In this document: positions 39,382-48,947 of the stretch, piece after piece | Layout: the number at the start of each line of letters is the position of its first letter | Numbering within the stretch: position 1 is the first letter of the stretch | From: Patescibacteria group bacterium | GTDB taxonomy: Bacteria > Patescibacteriota > UBA1384 > 2-12-FULL-50-11 | DNA length: 64,000 nucleotides | Assembly: GCA_022843855.1 (NCBI GenBank) | Contig: JALHMV010000001.1 | Location: forward strand, 2,780 to 66,779 | Direction: 5' to 3' | Translations under genes and position numbers: made by a program | Notes under the pieces: model-generated | The model's database searches: none | Told to the model about the DNA's origin: nothing | Seen by the model: the letters and a program-made list of their open reading frames with translations, nothing else

Positions 39382-40422
39382 ATGCTGAACCGGCTTTTCG
39401 GTGCGTTTTCTCAAGATGTGGGGATTGACCTTGGAACGGCCAATACCCTGGTTTACGTTCGCGGGAAGGGCATCGTTATTAACGAGCCTTCGGTTGTCGC
39501 CTTAAACCAAAAGACGAAACAGATTCTAGCGATCGGTCACGAAGCGCAGGTAATGGTGGGTAAAACACCGAGCCATATCGTTGCGACGCGACCGCTTGTC
39601 GACGGTGTTGTCTCCGACTTCGAAGTAACCGAGCAGATGCTCAAGTACTTTATCGACCGTGTTCACAAGGAAGGCTTCTCACTTCTGCCGAGACCGCGCG
39701 TTGTGATTGGTATCCCATACGGCGTGACAGAAGTGGAGCGTCGCGCCGTTGAAGAGGCTGCGATGAACGCCGGCGCGAGACAGGCTTTCCTGATCGAAGA
39801 ACCAGTTGCGGCGGCTATCGGAGCGCGCTTACCGATTCAAGAGGCGGTGGGAAGTATGATCGTTGATATCGGCGGCGGTACGACTGAAGTAGCCGTTATC
39901 TCGATGGGCGGGATCGTCGCGTCTCGTTCGGTTCGCACAGCGGGAGACGAGATGAACCAAGACATTATTAATTTCGCTCGAGACAACTTCAACCTACTGC
40001 TCGGAGAGCGTACTGCCGAGAGTATCAAGATTGAAATCGGCTCAGCTTTCCCTTTGCGTGAAAAGTTGGAGAAGCCGATGCGCGGCCGTGATTTGGTGAC
40101 TGGATTGCCGCGCGAAGTCGTTATTAACGACGAACAGGTGCGCCGGGCGCTTTCGAAGTCGATTACGACTGTTGTCGAAGCGGTAAAAGTGACGATCGAA
40201 GAGACCCCCCCGGAATTGCTCGCCGATATTATGGAGCGTGGGATAGTTCTAGCTGGTGGCGGCGCCTTGCTTCGCGAGCTAGACACCCTTATCTCCCAAG
40301 CCACCCAAACAAAAGTTTTTATCGCCGACGACCCGCTGACGTGTGTTGCTCGAGGGACCGGTGTGGTGCTGGAGGATCTCGAAACGCTTGAGTCGGTCTT
40401 GCTCTCAAGCGCCCTCAAGTGA
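39382..40422 (+). CDS. mreB: Rod shape-determining protein MreB
   Basis: GIDLGTANT, NEPSVVA, DIGGGTTE, LAGGGAL. Confidence 0.98.
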   Translation: MLNRLFGAFSQDVGIDLGTANTLVYVRGKGIVINEPSVVALNQKTKQILAIGHEAQVMVGKTPSHIVATRPLVDGVVSDFEVTEQMLKYFIDRVHKEGFSLLPRPRVVIGIPYGVTEVERRAVEEAAMNAGARQAFLIEEPVAAAIGARLPIQEAVGSMIVDIGGGTTEVAVISMGGIVASRSVRTAGDEMNQDIINFARDNFNLLLGERTAESIKIEIGSAFPLREKLEKPMRGRDLVTGLPREVVINDEQVRRALSKSITTVVEAVKVTIEETPPELLADIMERGIVLAGGGALLRELDTLISQATQTKVFIADDPLTCVARGTGVVLEDLETLESVLLSSALK

Positions 40423-41228
40423 TGAGAGAGGTAAGCCGTTTACGGAAGTGGCTCGGACGACGAAGTACCCTTGTCGGCATCGTGATTGCGCTCATCCTCC
40501 TTGGGCAGTTTAGTTTTTTTCAACCAGTTCGCGATTTGCTTCGCACCTCGATTAGCGGCCCCGCCTCGATCGTCAGTAACTTGGGTGATCGGATGAAGTC
40601 AGCGTTCTCCGTTCTATTTACCGTCAACGATCTAGCCCGTGAGAATACCCAGCTCAAAGAACACATAATTGCTCGCGATGCTGAGATTGCTCAACTCCTC
40701 TTTGCTCGCGGAGAGAACGAGCGTCTAAAGCTCGACCTCCAGTTTCAACAAGCTCGCAGCGATCTGCAGACTATTGCCGCGTCAGTCGTCAACTTTTCTC
40801 CAACAGCAATTTTCCAAACCCTCACGATCAACCGCGGTGCACGAGACGGTATTGCGCGCGGTCAGGCGGTGGTTTCGGGCGGATTCTTGATCGGCAAGAT
40901 CGATGCGGTTTCGGAATCGACCGCTCAAGTCTGGTTGCTGAGTAATCGCAACTTAGTTACGCCAGTTATGTTGGCGGACAGTCAAACTATTGGCCTCCTC
41001 AAGGGAAGTATCCGAGGGCTAGTGGTTGAAAACATCCCGCTCGATACACGAGTCGAAAAGGGTAGCTCGGTCGTCACATCGGCCCTCGAGGGTTTGTACC
41101 CAGCAGGAATCGCTGTCGGATCTGTTGAAGAGATCATATCTTCAAAAGAAGAAATCTTCCTTACACTTCGAATAAGTTCACCGATTAACTCGAGCAACTT
41201 AACGAGCGTTCTGGTCGTAAAGCAGTAA
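40422..41228 (+). CDS. mreC: Rod shape-determining protein MreC
   Basis: TM, coiled coil (ENERLK), INRGARDGI, VVTS..GLYPAGIAVG; synteny. Confidence 0.9.
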   Translation: MREVSRLRKWLGRRSTLVGIVIALILLGQFSFFQPVRDLLRTSISGPASIVSNLGDRMKSAFSVLFTVNDLARENTQLKEHIIARDAEIAQLLFARGENERLKLDLQFQQARSDLQTIAASVVNFSPTAIFQTLTINRGARDGIARGQAVVSGGFLIGKIDAVSESTAQVWLLSNRNLVTPVMLADSQTIGLLKGSIRGLVVENIPLDTRVEKGSSVVTSALEGLYPAGIAVGSVEEIISSKEEIFLTLRISSPINSSNLTSVLVVKQ

Positions 41229-41704
41229 TGGCTCTATTGCAGCTTAGTCTCATTGTCCTCGTGGCGGTCATTGACTTCGGGTTGCTGGGCCGACAAAGTA
41301 ACGATTTTTTCAGTGCGACGGTGGGATTGATTGTTGTTTGGGCTTTCACCTGGTTTGGGTCGCCGCATGAGGCGTTGCGCCTAACCCTGCTCCTCGGTGG
41401 TACATACGCACTGATCGGCTTTCTACCGCTATTGGCTTGGCCGATTATCTTTGTTGGTGCGTACGGGATAACCTATTTTCTCAAGCAACGCTTCTTCGAA
41501 CTCTCATCTTTTCCGTTAGCGCTCCTCACGCTGGCAATCGTTTCCGTATGGTTGGGGGTGATACTCAGTGTCTTTTCTCAGTCGTTCACGATTGGCTTAA
41601 TTGTCGGTGGAGCAATTGCTAATGTGATGTACGGAGCCGTTATCTACTATGCTCTTGGGGCACGGTTTAAATTTCTCCAACGGTGGGCGGGGCGAAGATT
41701 ATGA
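41228..41704 (+). CDS. mreD: MreD-like membrane protein
   Basis: Hydrophobic 158 aa between mreC and the PBP2 gene. Confidence 0.65.
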   Translation: MALLQLSLIVLVAVIDFGLLGRQSNDFFSATVGLIVVWAFTWFGSPHEALRLTLLLGGTYALIGFLPLLAWPIIFVGAYGITYFLKQRFFELSSFPLALLTLAIVSVWLGVILSVFSQSFTIGLIVGGAIANVMYGAVIYYALGARFKFLQRWAGRRL

Positions 41705-43734
41705 TGTTAAGAAAATTGCTAACTTTTTTAATGGTCAAGCGGTCGCTCGTTCGACCGAGCGACCGCGGAATCTTTGATCCCTTTTTGCCTATCACGTCTC
41801 TGAAGCGAATTGAAAACGAGTTTCAGGCAGACTACGAACTGGCTGATCAGAAGAACGACTATCGCAATACCGGTACTGGAACGGTTGACAGTCTCAGTTA
41901 CGAAGAGCGTATCGAGTCGCCGCCGGCCTTCCTAGGCTTTCGGCTCGTAAGCGTTGTCATTGCCCTCATTCTTGGTTGGCGTCTAGTCGGCTTACAGATA
42001 ACAAAAGGGGCAGAGAACTTCTCCCGAGCAGAGGGTAATCGGCTCGAGACACAGCCGACACTCGCTCCTCGAGGGCTCTTGTATGACCGCAAAGGTGTGC
42101 CGCTCGTTCAAAACCGACCGAGTTTCTCTGTGGTGTTTCGTCCAGCTGAATACCCTCGAACCGAAGCTGATCGAGCTACTTTTATTAACCGTCTTGCGAC
42201 GGTACTCGATCGGTCGTCGGACGAAGTGCGGCAGAGGATCGAGTCCTCGCTCCGACGTGATCAGGTGACGCTTGAAGAGGGCATCGATCGCAATCGAGCG
42301 CTCTCTCTTGAACTTCGCCTAACCGAACTAACCGGCGTGACTCTCGAAAAAGCCCCGAGTCGTTATTACGGTGATGTGCCGGGACTCGGTCACCTGGTCG
42401 GCTATATCAGCAAGGTCACGGCCGAAGATCTGAAGAAGCGTCCCGACCTTCTCCCGACCGCCTTTCTTGGAAAGAGCGGGGTTGAAGCGAGCTATGATGA
42501 ATATCTTCAGGGAATTGCCGGGGCTGAGACGCTTGAGATCGATGCGCTCGGTCGAGCAATCAGGCCGATCGGTTCCAAGCCGCCCACCGCCGGTAAGTCG
42601 CTCGTTCTTGGTCTTGATAGCGATCTTCAACGCGTTACCGCCCAAGCGCTTGGGGAGGCGATCCAAAAGAATAACGCCACCAGCGGTGCGGCTGTGGTTC
42701 TCGATGTTAGAACTGGTGATGTCCTCAGTATGGTTAGCTTCCCGATGTTTGATAACAATCTCTTCTCGCCGGCAGTGAGTTCGTCTGATCGTCAACGTAT
42801 CCTGACCGATCCCGGCGCCCCACTGATTAACCGCGCCATTGCCGGCCAGTACCCGTCCGGGTCTACTATCAAGCCATTTGTTGCTGCTGCAGCGTTAGCC
42901 GAAAAGACCATCTCTGATTCGACTGTCCTTGATACGTCAGAAGGAAAAATCGTCGTAGGTCAGACAACGTTTTCTGACTGGAAGACCCATGGTCGAACCG
43001 CCGTCCGCCAGGCGATCGCAGAGAGTAATAACATATTCTTTTTTGCGCTCGGTGGCGGCTACAAACAAATTCCCGGACTCGGTATCGATCGACTTAAGAG
43101 TTACCTGGAGCGCTTCGGTTTCGGCAGCGCGACCGGTATCGATCTGGGTTCGGGATCCGAAACAAAAGGCCTTGTTCCGAACCCAGATTGGAAAAAAAGA
43201 ATCAAAAAAGAGAGTTGGTTTCTTGGCGATACCTATAACACCTCAATTGGACAAGGAAATCTGCTCGTTACCCCGCTTCAACTTACCCGAGCAACCGCGG
43301 CTATTGCTAACGGGGGCACGCTGTACCGGCCGCGGGTGGTCAAAACGATTCTTGGAACAGGGGGCGATGCTGGCCAGGATCTAGTACCGGTCATTGACCG
43401 ATCGTCGGTTGTCGATGGTTCTGTACTGACCGTTGTTCGTGAAGGCATGCGTCAAACTGTTGTTAGCGGCTCTGCCCGCCCCTTCAATGTATTGCCAGTT
43501 GAGGTGGCGGCCAAGACGGGTACTGCCCAAACATCAAAGTCCAAGGATAAAACTCATTCGTGGTTCACGGCCTTCGCTCCGTACGCTGTACCAGAGATTG
43601 CCATTTCCGTTATTGTTGAGGGTGGCGGTGAGGGTTCGGCAGTCGCTGCACCGGTTGCGCGTAATATTATCGAGCGCTATTTTAATCTCCCTCTCACACC
43701 CATTGTTCCAGCTCCCCCCAGCACACCAGAGTAA
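41701..43734 (+). CDS. mrdA: Penicillin-binding protein 2
   Basis: APRGLLYDR, GKSGVE, SxxK (STIK), SNN, KTGT. Confidence 0.93.
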   Translation: MMLRKLLTFLMVKRSLVRPSDRGIFDPFLPITSLKRIENEFQADYELADQKNDYRNTGTGTVDSLSYEERIESPPAFLGFRLVSVVIALILGWRLVGLQITKGAENFSRAEGNRLETQPTLAPRGLLYDRKGVPLVQNRPSFSVVFRPAEYPRTEADRATFINRLATVLDRSSDEVRQRIESSLRRDQVTLEEGIDRNRALSLELRLTELTGVTLEKAPSRYYGDVPGLGHLVGYISKVTAEDLKKRPDLLPTAFLGKSGVEASYDEYLQGIAGAETLEIDALGRAIRPIGSKPPTAGKSLVLGLDSDLQRVTAQALGEAIQKNNATSGAAVVLDVRTGDVLSMVSFPMFDNNLFSPAVSSSDRQRILTDPGAPLINRAIAGQYPSGSTIKPFVAAAALAEKTISDSTVLDTSEGKIVVGQTTFSDWKTHGRTAVRQAIAESNNIFFFALGGGYKQIPGLGIDRLKSYLERFGFGSATGIDLGSGSETKGLVPNPDWKKRIKKESWFLGDTYNTSIGQGNLLVTPLQLTRATAAIANGGTLYRPRVVKTILGTGGDAGQDLVPVIDRSSVVDGSVLTVVREGMRQTVVSGSARPFNVLPVEVAAKTGTAQTSKSKDKTHSWFTAFAPYAVPEIAISVIVEGGGEGSAVAAPVARNIIERYFNLPLTPIVPAPPSTPE

Positions 43735-43735
43735 G

Positions 43736-43820
43736 TTGTACGAAGTTACATAAATATATACTATTTCTAATGATGTAATAGGTTTATCGTATTATTGTAA
43801 TGGTTACTTTTGTACGAAGT
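43736..43820. promoter_or_regulatory. Repeated TTGTACGAAGT sites upstream of the PucR/CdaR gene
   Basis: Identical 11-mers at 43736-43746 and 43810-43820; weaker copies near 43773 and 43795. Confidence 0.5.
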
Positions 43821-43839
43821 CATAGTTATAGGGAGGAAT

Positions 43840-44997
43840 ATGTCGCCATACTTACTGACACGATTGTTTGAGAATCTTAAACAGATTGTTAATCGACCGA
43901 TTGCCGTTACCGACAGGAGCGGTCGGATTAATTCAGAGGCCAACGATCTAACCAAGAAGAAGTCGTATGTTTTTGCCGAAGCGGTAACACCTGACTCGGA
44001 CACTGTTCTTATCGATGGAGAGAAAGAGCTTGTTGGTATCCCAATCTATGTCGACGCTCGTTTCTATGCAGTGGTCGTTGTTGCCGCCGAACCACACGAT
44101 GAGATTATCTCTATCATTCGGAGTCTGAGTGATTTGGTCATCCACCAGTTTCTCGTCTCGTTTCGACCGCGTCCTGATGCGGTTGATTTGTTGATGACAC
44201 GAGTAGCGTATAAGCCGCTTACTATTGATGGCACTGAGTTCGAGGAACAGCTGACAGCCCTTGGCTACCAGGCCGACCTTCCGCGCGCTGCTCTGGTTCT
44301 TGAGCTCAGAGGATTTTGGGATAATTATCTACAGACAGCCGGTGCGCCTCTTGGGGACAGAAGCGATCTTATTGCCGCAAAAAAACGTGACATTGAGCAT
44401 ACTCTCAACAGCTTCTTCAGTAAAAGCACTGATAATCTTGTTGGCTACCTTGGTAGGGATAACTTTTTGGTCTTAAAAGACCTACGAGACACCGACTACG
44501 ATGGTTTCTGTGCGCTTCTTCAGAAACATTTTCAAGCGATAACTCAGCCGCTAACCAACGTGTACATCAAGGAGGTTACAATTGGTATCGGTACGCCAGC
44601 GAGTTCGGCGGCGAGTTTGCTTGGATCCGTCCAAGAGGCCCTCCAGATTCTCAGGATCGGCCGACGGATGGTTGGGCCAAGTCAAGCTCATCAATTTGAA
44701 GGTCTCGGAGTACTCCCCCTCCTTCTCTCTGGCACCGATGAACAAAAATCGACATATGCCCTACATCTCTTTGATGCCCTCAACGACCCAGAACTATCAG
44801 AAACCCTCGAGGTTTTCCTGGCCGAGAGTCTAAATTTGACCAAAACAGCGGAGACTTTGAATGTGCACCGAAATACGGTGATTTACCGATTAGATAAAAT
44901 CACAGACTTGCTCGGTCGTGACCCTCGACGCTTCACTGATGCCGTCGAGCTTTACATCGGTAATTTATTTCGAAAAGTCTTCCGTCAAGAGAATTAG
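43840..44997 (+). CDS. CdaR/PucR family transcriptional regulator
   Basis: C-terminal HTH NLTKTAETLNVHRNTVIYRLDKI; GGAGG before ATG 43840. Confidence 0.88.
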   Translation: MSPYLLTRLFENLKQIVNRPIAVTDRSGRINSEANDLTKKKSYVFAEAVTPDSDTVLIDGEKELVGIPIYVDARFYAVVVVAAEPHDEIISIIRSLSDLVIHQFLVSFRPRPDAVDLLMTRVAYKPLTIDGTEFEEQLTALGYQADLPRAALVLELRGFWDNYLQTAGAPLGDRSDLIAAKKRDIEHTLNSFFSKSTDNLVGYLGRDNFLVLKDLRDTDYDGFCALLQKHFQAITQPLTNVYIKEVTIGIGTPASSAASLLGSVQEALQILRIGRRMVGPSQAHQFEGLGVLPLLLSGTDEQKSTYALHLFDALNDPELSETLEVFLAESLNLTKTAETLNVHRNTVIYRLDKITDLLGRDPRRFTDAVELYIGNLFRKVFRQEN

Positions 44998-45398
44998 CTT
45001 GCGAGCTGCCGGTGAATAATCTCGACCATCTCGTCAGGAGTGTGGTAGGACTTGACGAGGTAATCGACGGCCCCCAGAGATATGGCGAGCTGCTTATCTT
45101 TGTCCGACTGCTCACTGCCGAGATTGGTCAGAACGATGACCGGGATGTCGCGAGTGTCGACGTTTGCCTTCAGACGACGGAGAACCTCAAACCCATTCAT
45201 GCCGGGCAGGAGAATATCCAGCAAGATGAGGTCGATTGGGTTGCGCGAACAGGCGAGCAGAGCCTCTTCTCCGGTCTCCGCGGTTCTAACATTGAAGTCC
45301 TCCTCCGCAAAACGCTCTTCGTAGAGATCGATGAGGAGCGGCTCATCTTCCACTAATAACACTGTCTTACGTTCGTCCCTCGTCCTCTGCTTAGTCAT
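44994..45398 (-). CDS. Single-domain response regulator
   Basis: LLVEDE, LLDILLPGMNG, VIVLT, DYLVK. Confidence 0.92.
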   Translation of the reverse strand: MTKQRTRDERKTVLLVEDEPLLIDLYEERFAEEDFNVRTAETGEEALLACSRNPIDLILLDILLPGMNGFEVLRRLKANVDTRDIPVIVLTNLGSEQSDKDKQLAISLGAVDYLVKSYHTPDEMVEIIHRQLAS

Positions 45399-47004
45399 TA
45401 ACTAACTCCTCACTGCTATTTAATCGAACACTAAACGTTGTTCCCTTGCCTATTCTACTCGATAGCGTGATCTTTCCACCGAGTTTTTCTACAAATGACT
45501 TAACGATAAATAGTCCGAGTCCGCTGCCTGACTCCCGGATTTCAACAGTATTGTGAGTCCTGCGGAACTTCTCAAATATTGATGCGTAGTTTTTGGAGCT
45601 TATTCCAATACCGCTGTCTCGAACATGGGTAATAATAAACGTTTGATCCTGACTCCTCGATCTCTCAAACCAAACATCAATAGCACCGCGCGGTGTGTAC
45701 TTGATCGCGTTGTCGATAAGGTTTTCAAATATTTGCTGTACTTTCTCTTCATCACCAACAACCCAGGTAACAAAGTTTGGGGAGGTGTAGTTCAGTAGCA
45801 GGTCCTTTGCGAGCGCTTTTGGGGTGAGATCGCGAACGACTTTACTAACCACGACTGCTAGGTTGATCGGTCTCAGGTTGAGACGCAAGCGATCTTCTTC
45901 GACTTGCACCGACAGCAGCAGATCCTCGGCGAGCTTGATGAGCCGATTGTTGGCAGCCGTTGCTCGCTCCAGATATCCTTTGTGCTTATCACTGAGCGAT
46001 GAGGCGTCTCGCTCCATCAAGCTGAGATAGCCTTTGATCGCAGTGATCGGTGTACGCAGCTCATGAGTGGCAATCGAGATAAACTCGTTTTTACGCTCTT
46101 CGAGTAATTTATGTTCGGTTACGTCACGAGCGAGAAGAATATACTGGTGAACTTGCTGATTGTGGTCACGAATAGCTGACCCAGCCAGTTCAACCCATCT
46201 CTGCACCCGACTCTTCGAGAGTAGTCCAATCTCCTGTCGGAACAGGTTCTCTCTCGGCTGTTCCGTGAGCTGGCTGAGAGCTGATCGAAGTGTATCGCCA
46301 TTATCGGCTGGTGTCAGGATAGAAAAGATCGATTGTCCAACGGCCGCGGCAGGGGACCACCCAGTCAGTCGCTGCATCGGCCTATTCCAGTACTTGATGA
46401 CGAACTGGTCGTCAAGGATCGCCATGCCTTCACTGAGCTGACGGGTGAGGGAGGCGACGCTCTCAGCTTCCCGGCGAATTTGTTCGGCGAGATCCTGATT
46501 CTGTAAACCGAGTCCGATCAGACGGCTGACTAAGCGCAGATACGCAAGCCGTTCTTCTGAAAACGGGCTTCGCAAGAGGAGGACTAATCGATAACCAGTT
46601 TTCGCCTCGCCGAGGCTCATCGCAAAAATGCATCGACACCGCTCGTTGAGCCAGGGGTCGGCCGCTGTTATCTTCTCTTGGACCGTTCGTCGAGAGTTAA
46701 TCAGCCGTTGCAGTATCGGTAATTCGATCAGTGCCTGTGAACGTTTTCTACTGATGGTCGTTGCCAGCACTTCTTGGGAGCGTTTCGTGTCGTGGATAAC
46801 GATGGCGCTATGAATATCTTCTAATCGGGTGAGGCTGAGGACAAGTCTCCCGAGGATAGTCCGGCGGTCGCCTTTGCCGTCGGTGACGAGCGTAAGGATC
46901 GCCGCCTCTTGTCTGGACGGCAACTCCAATGGTTCGCCGCGTTGCAACCGATGGAGTAACTGTTCCCAACCAGGAAGACGAGGTGTGTGTGGCGAGATTC
47001 TCAT
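45391..47004 (-). CDS. PAS-domain sensor histidine kinase (no TM segment)
   Basis: PAS (YWNRPMQRLTGW), THELRTPIT, NLIDNAIKY, DSGIG, GSGLGL. Confidence 0.92.
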   Translation of the reverse strand: MRISPHTPRLPGWEQLLHRLQRGEPLELPSRQEAAILTLVTDGKGDRRTILGRLVLSLTRLEDIHSAIVIHDTKRSQEVLATTISRKRSQALIELPILQRLINSRRTVQEKITAADPWLNERCRCIFAMSLGEAKTGYRLVLLLRSPFSEERLAYLRLVSRLIGLGLQNQDLAEQIRREAESVASLTRQLSEGMAILDDQFVIKYWNRPMQRLTGWSPAAAVGQSIFSILTPADNGDTLRSALSQLTEQPRENLFRQEIGLLSKSRVQRWVELAGSAIRDHNQQVHQYILLARDVTEHKLLEERKNEFISIATHELRTPITAIKGYLSLMERDASSLSDKHKGYLERATAANNRLIKLAEDLLLSVQVEEDRLRLNLRPINLAVVVSKVVRDLTPKALAKDLLLNYTSPNFVTWVVGDEEKVQQIFENLIDNAIKYTPRGAIDVWFERSRSQDQTFIITHVRDSGIGISSKNYASIFEKFRRTHNTVEIRESGSGLGLFIVKSFVEKLGGKITLSSRIGKGTTFSVRLNSSEELVND

Positions 47005-47097
47005 CGACGCTGAGTATACCAACTAAGAAAGCGTATCCAATAGATAACCTTGAAGTTGTCTCAGCAATTGGATGTCTCGCCAAGGGGGGTTTACACC

Positions 47098-47127
47098 TTG
47101 ACACGCTAAAATACCTATTGCTAAAAT
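47098..47127 (+). promoter_or_regulatory. Sigma70-type promoter for greA
   Basis: TTGACA-N18-TAAAAT with an extended TGn. Confidence 0.6.
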
Positions 47128-47228
47128 CTCTCTGATACAGCGATTGTAGCTTCTTTATGGACGGGGCCATTTTCGACCATATTTGTTAGGCTCGTAACGA
47201 TGGTTATTGATTAAGAAAGGCAATAAGA

Positions 47229-47696
47229 ATGAAAAGAGAGATACTTATTACTCAGGAAGGCTTAGAGAAGCTTGAATCAGAGCTCAGAGAACTCGTCGAA
47301 GAGCGGCGTCCAGATGTCATATCTCGCATAAAATCAGCCAAAGAGCTGGGCGACCTCAGTGAGAACGCTGAGTATTCCTCAGCCAAAGATGAGCAATCGT
47401 TCATTGAAGGTCGTATTCAGGAGCTTGAGGACGTTATTAAGCACGCCAAGGTGGTGGCCGATAGCGCCCGCTCAAACGATAAGACTATCCGTGTTGGCTC
47501 AAAAGTAACCGTTAAAGTAGAAGGCGATACTGATCAATACGAACTCGTTGGCCCCGCCGAGTCTGATCCTGCCAAGGGCAAAATCTCGACCGACTCACCC
47601 GTTGGAAAAGCACTTCTTGGTCACAAAGAGAAGGACGTCGTTAAGGTTAAGACGCCAGACGGTGAAGTTGCGTATACGGTTGTCGGCGTTGCCTAA
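47229..47696 (+). CDS. greA: Transcription elongation factor GreA
   Basis: GDLSENAEY, ISTDSPVGKALLG. Confidence 0.97.
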   Translation: MKREILITQEGLEKLESELRELVEERRPDVISRIKSAKELGDLSENAEYSSAKDEQSFIEGRIQELEDVIKHAKVVADSARSNDKTIRVGSKVTVKVEGDTDQYELVGPAESDPAKGKISTDSPVGKALLGHKEKDVVKVKTPDGEVAYTVVGVA

Positions 47697-47740
47697 CTTT
47701 TCTTGGTTCTCTCGAAGCCGTCTGCTACACTACGGGGGCA

Positions 47741-48943
47741 ATGCTTGACCTCGACATTATCCGTAATCAACCCGACCTCGTTCGCCAATCAATCTCCAAG
47801 CGCGGCGGCAATACCGATCTAGTTGACGGGATTCTCGAACTCGATAAGCAGTGGCGCATTATTGTTGGGCAAGCTGAAGCCCTTCGACAGCAACGCAATA
47901 CCCTTACCCAGACCAAAGAGTCAGCTGAACAAAACGCGGCTTTGCTCAAGGAAATTAAGGAAAAGCTGAAAGTCGTCGAGGAAGAAGAGCGATCAATCGC
48001 GGCTCGCAGACTTGAAGCGTGGTCACTTGTTCCTCAGATCGTCGCCGATGACGTTCCTGTTGGCGCTGGCGAATCGGCCAACACCAGTATCAAGACCGTT
48101 GGGATGATTAGGCATAAACAAGGAGAGGCCCACGAAGAGCTGATGACTCGTCTTGATTGGCTGGATACCGAGACGGCAGCCTACGCGAGCGGCGCCAGGT
48201 TTCGCTATCTTAAGGGACCAGCCGCTCTCGCTCATATGAAGCTGATGCATCGTGCACTTGAGTTTGCGATCGAACGAGGCTTTCAGCCCGTTGTCCCACC
48301 GGTAATGGCCCGGGAAGAGATCTTTACTCACAGCGGCTACTTCCCGTTTGGTCGGGAAGACACTTTTGCCGTTGAGGACCGATTCTTGGTTGGTACTTCT
48401 GAGCCAATGCTCCTAGCGCTGGGTCACAACCGTACTTTTAGCGAGAGTGATCTGCCCCTACGTCTAGTCGGTTTTTCTTCCTGCTTTCGTCGCGAAGCAG
48501 GTTCGTACGGAAAAGATACTCGCGGTATGTTCCGGCAGCACCAGTTCGACAAAGTTGAGGTCGTATCGATCACCACACCAGAACGCTCCGAAGAAGAGCA
48601 CCAGTTTCTCCTTAGTCTCCAGGAAGAATTTACCGCCCAATTTGACGTGCCCTACCAAGTAGTTCTCATCGGAAGCGGTGATCTCGGAGCTCCGGCGAGG
48701 AAGAAATATGATATCGAGGCTTGGTACCCCAGCCAAGAAAAGTATCGAGAGACTCATTCAACGAGCAACTGCGGTGACTTTCAGGCTCGCGGGTTCAATA
48801 TAAAGTATCGTGGCAGTAACGGTCAGGAGCAGTACGCGCACAGCCTCAACGGAACGGTCGCCACCGAGCGCCTCCTCCTAGCGATTATAGAAAATAACCA
48901 AAAACCAGACGGATCGATCGAACTGCCGTCGCAACTCCGGTAG
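47741..48943 (+). CDS. serS: Serine--tRNA ligase
   Basis: GTSE, CFRREAG, GMFRQHQFDKVE, SNCGDFQAR, HSLNGT. Confidence 0.96.
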   Translation: MLDLDIIRNQPDLVRQSISKRGGNTDLVDGILELDKQWRIIVGQAEALRQQRNTLTQTKESAEQNAALLKEIKEKLKVVEEEERSIAARRLEAWSLVPQIVADDVPVGAGESANTSIKTVGMIRHKQGEAHEELMTRLDWLDTETAAYASGARFRYLKGPAALAHMKLMHRALEFAIERGFQPVVPPVMAREEIFTHSGYFPFGREDTFAVEDRFLVGTSEPMLLALGHNRTFSESDLPLRLVGFSSCFRREAGSYGKDTRGMFRQHQFDKVEVVSITTPERSEEEHQFLLSLQEEFTAQFDVPYQVVLIGSGDLGAPARKKYDIEAWYPSQEKYRETHSTSNCGDFQARGFNIKYRGSNGQEQYAHSLNGTVATERLLLAIIENNQKPDGSIELPSQLR

Positions 48944-48947
48944 AACG

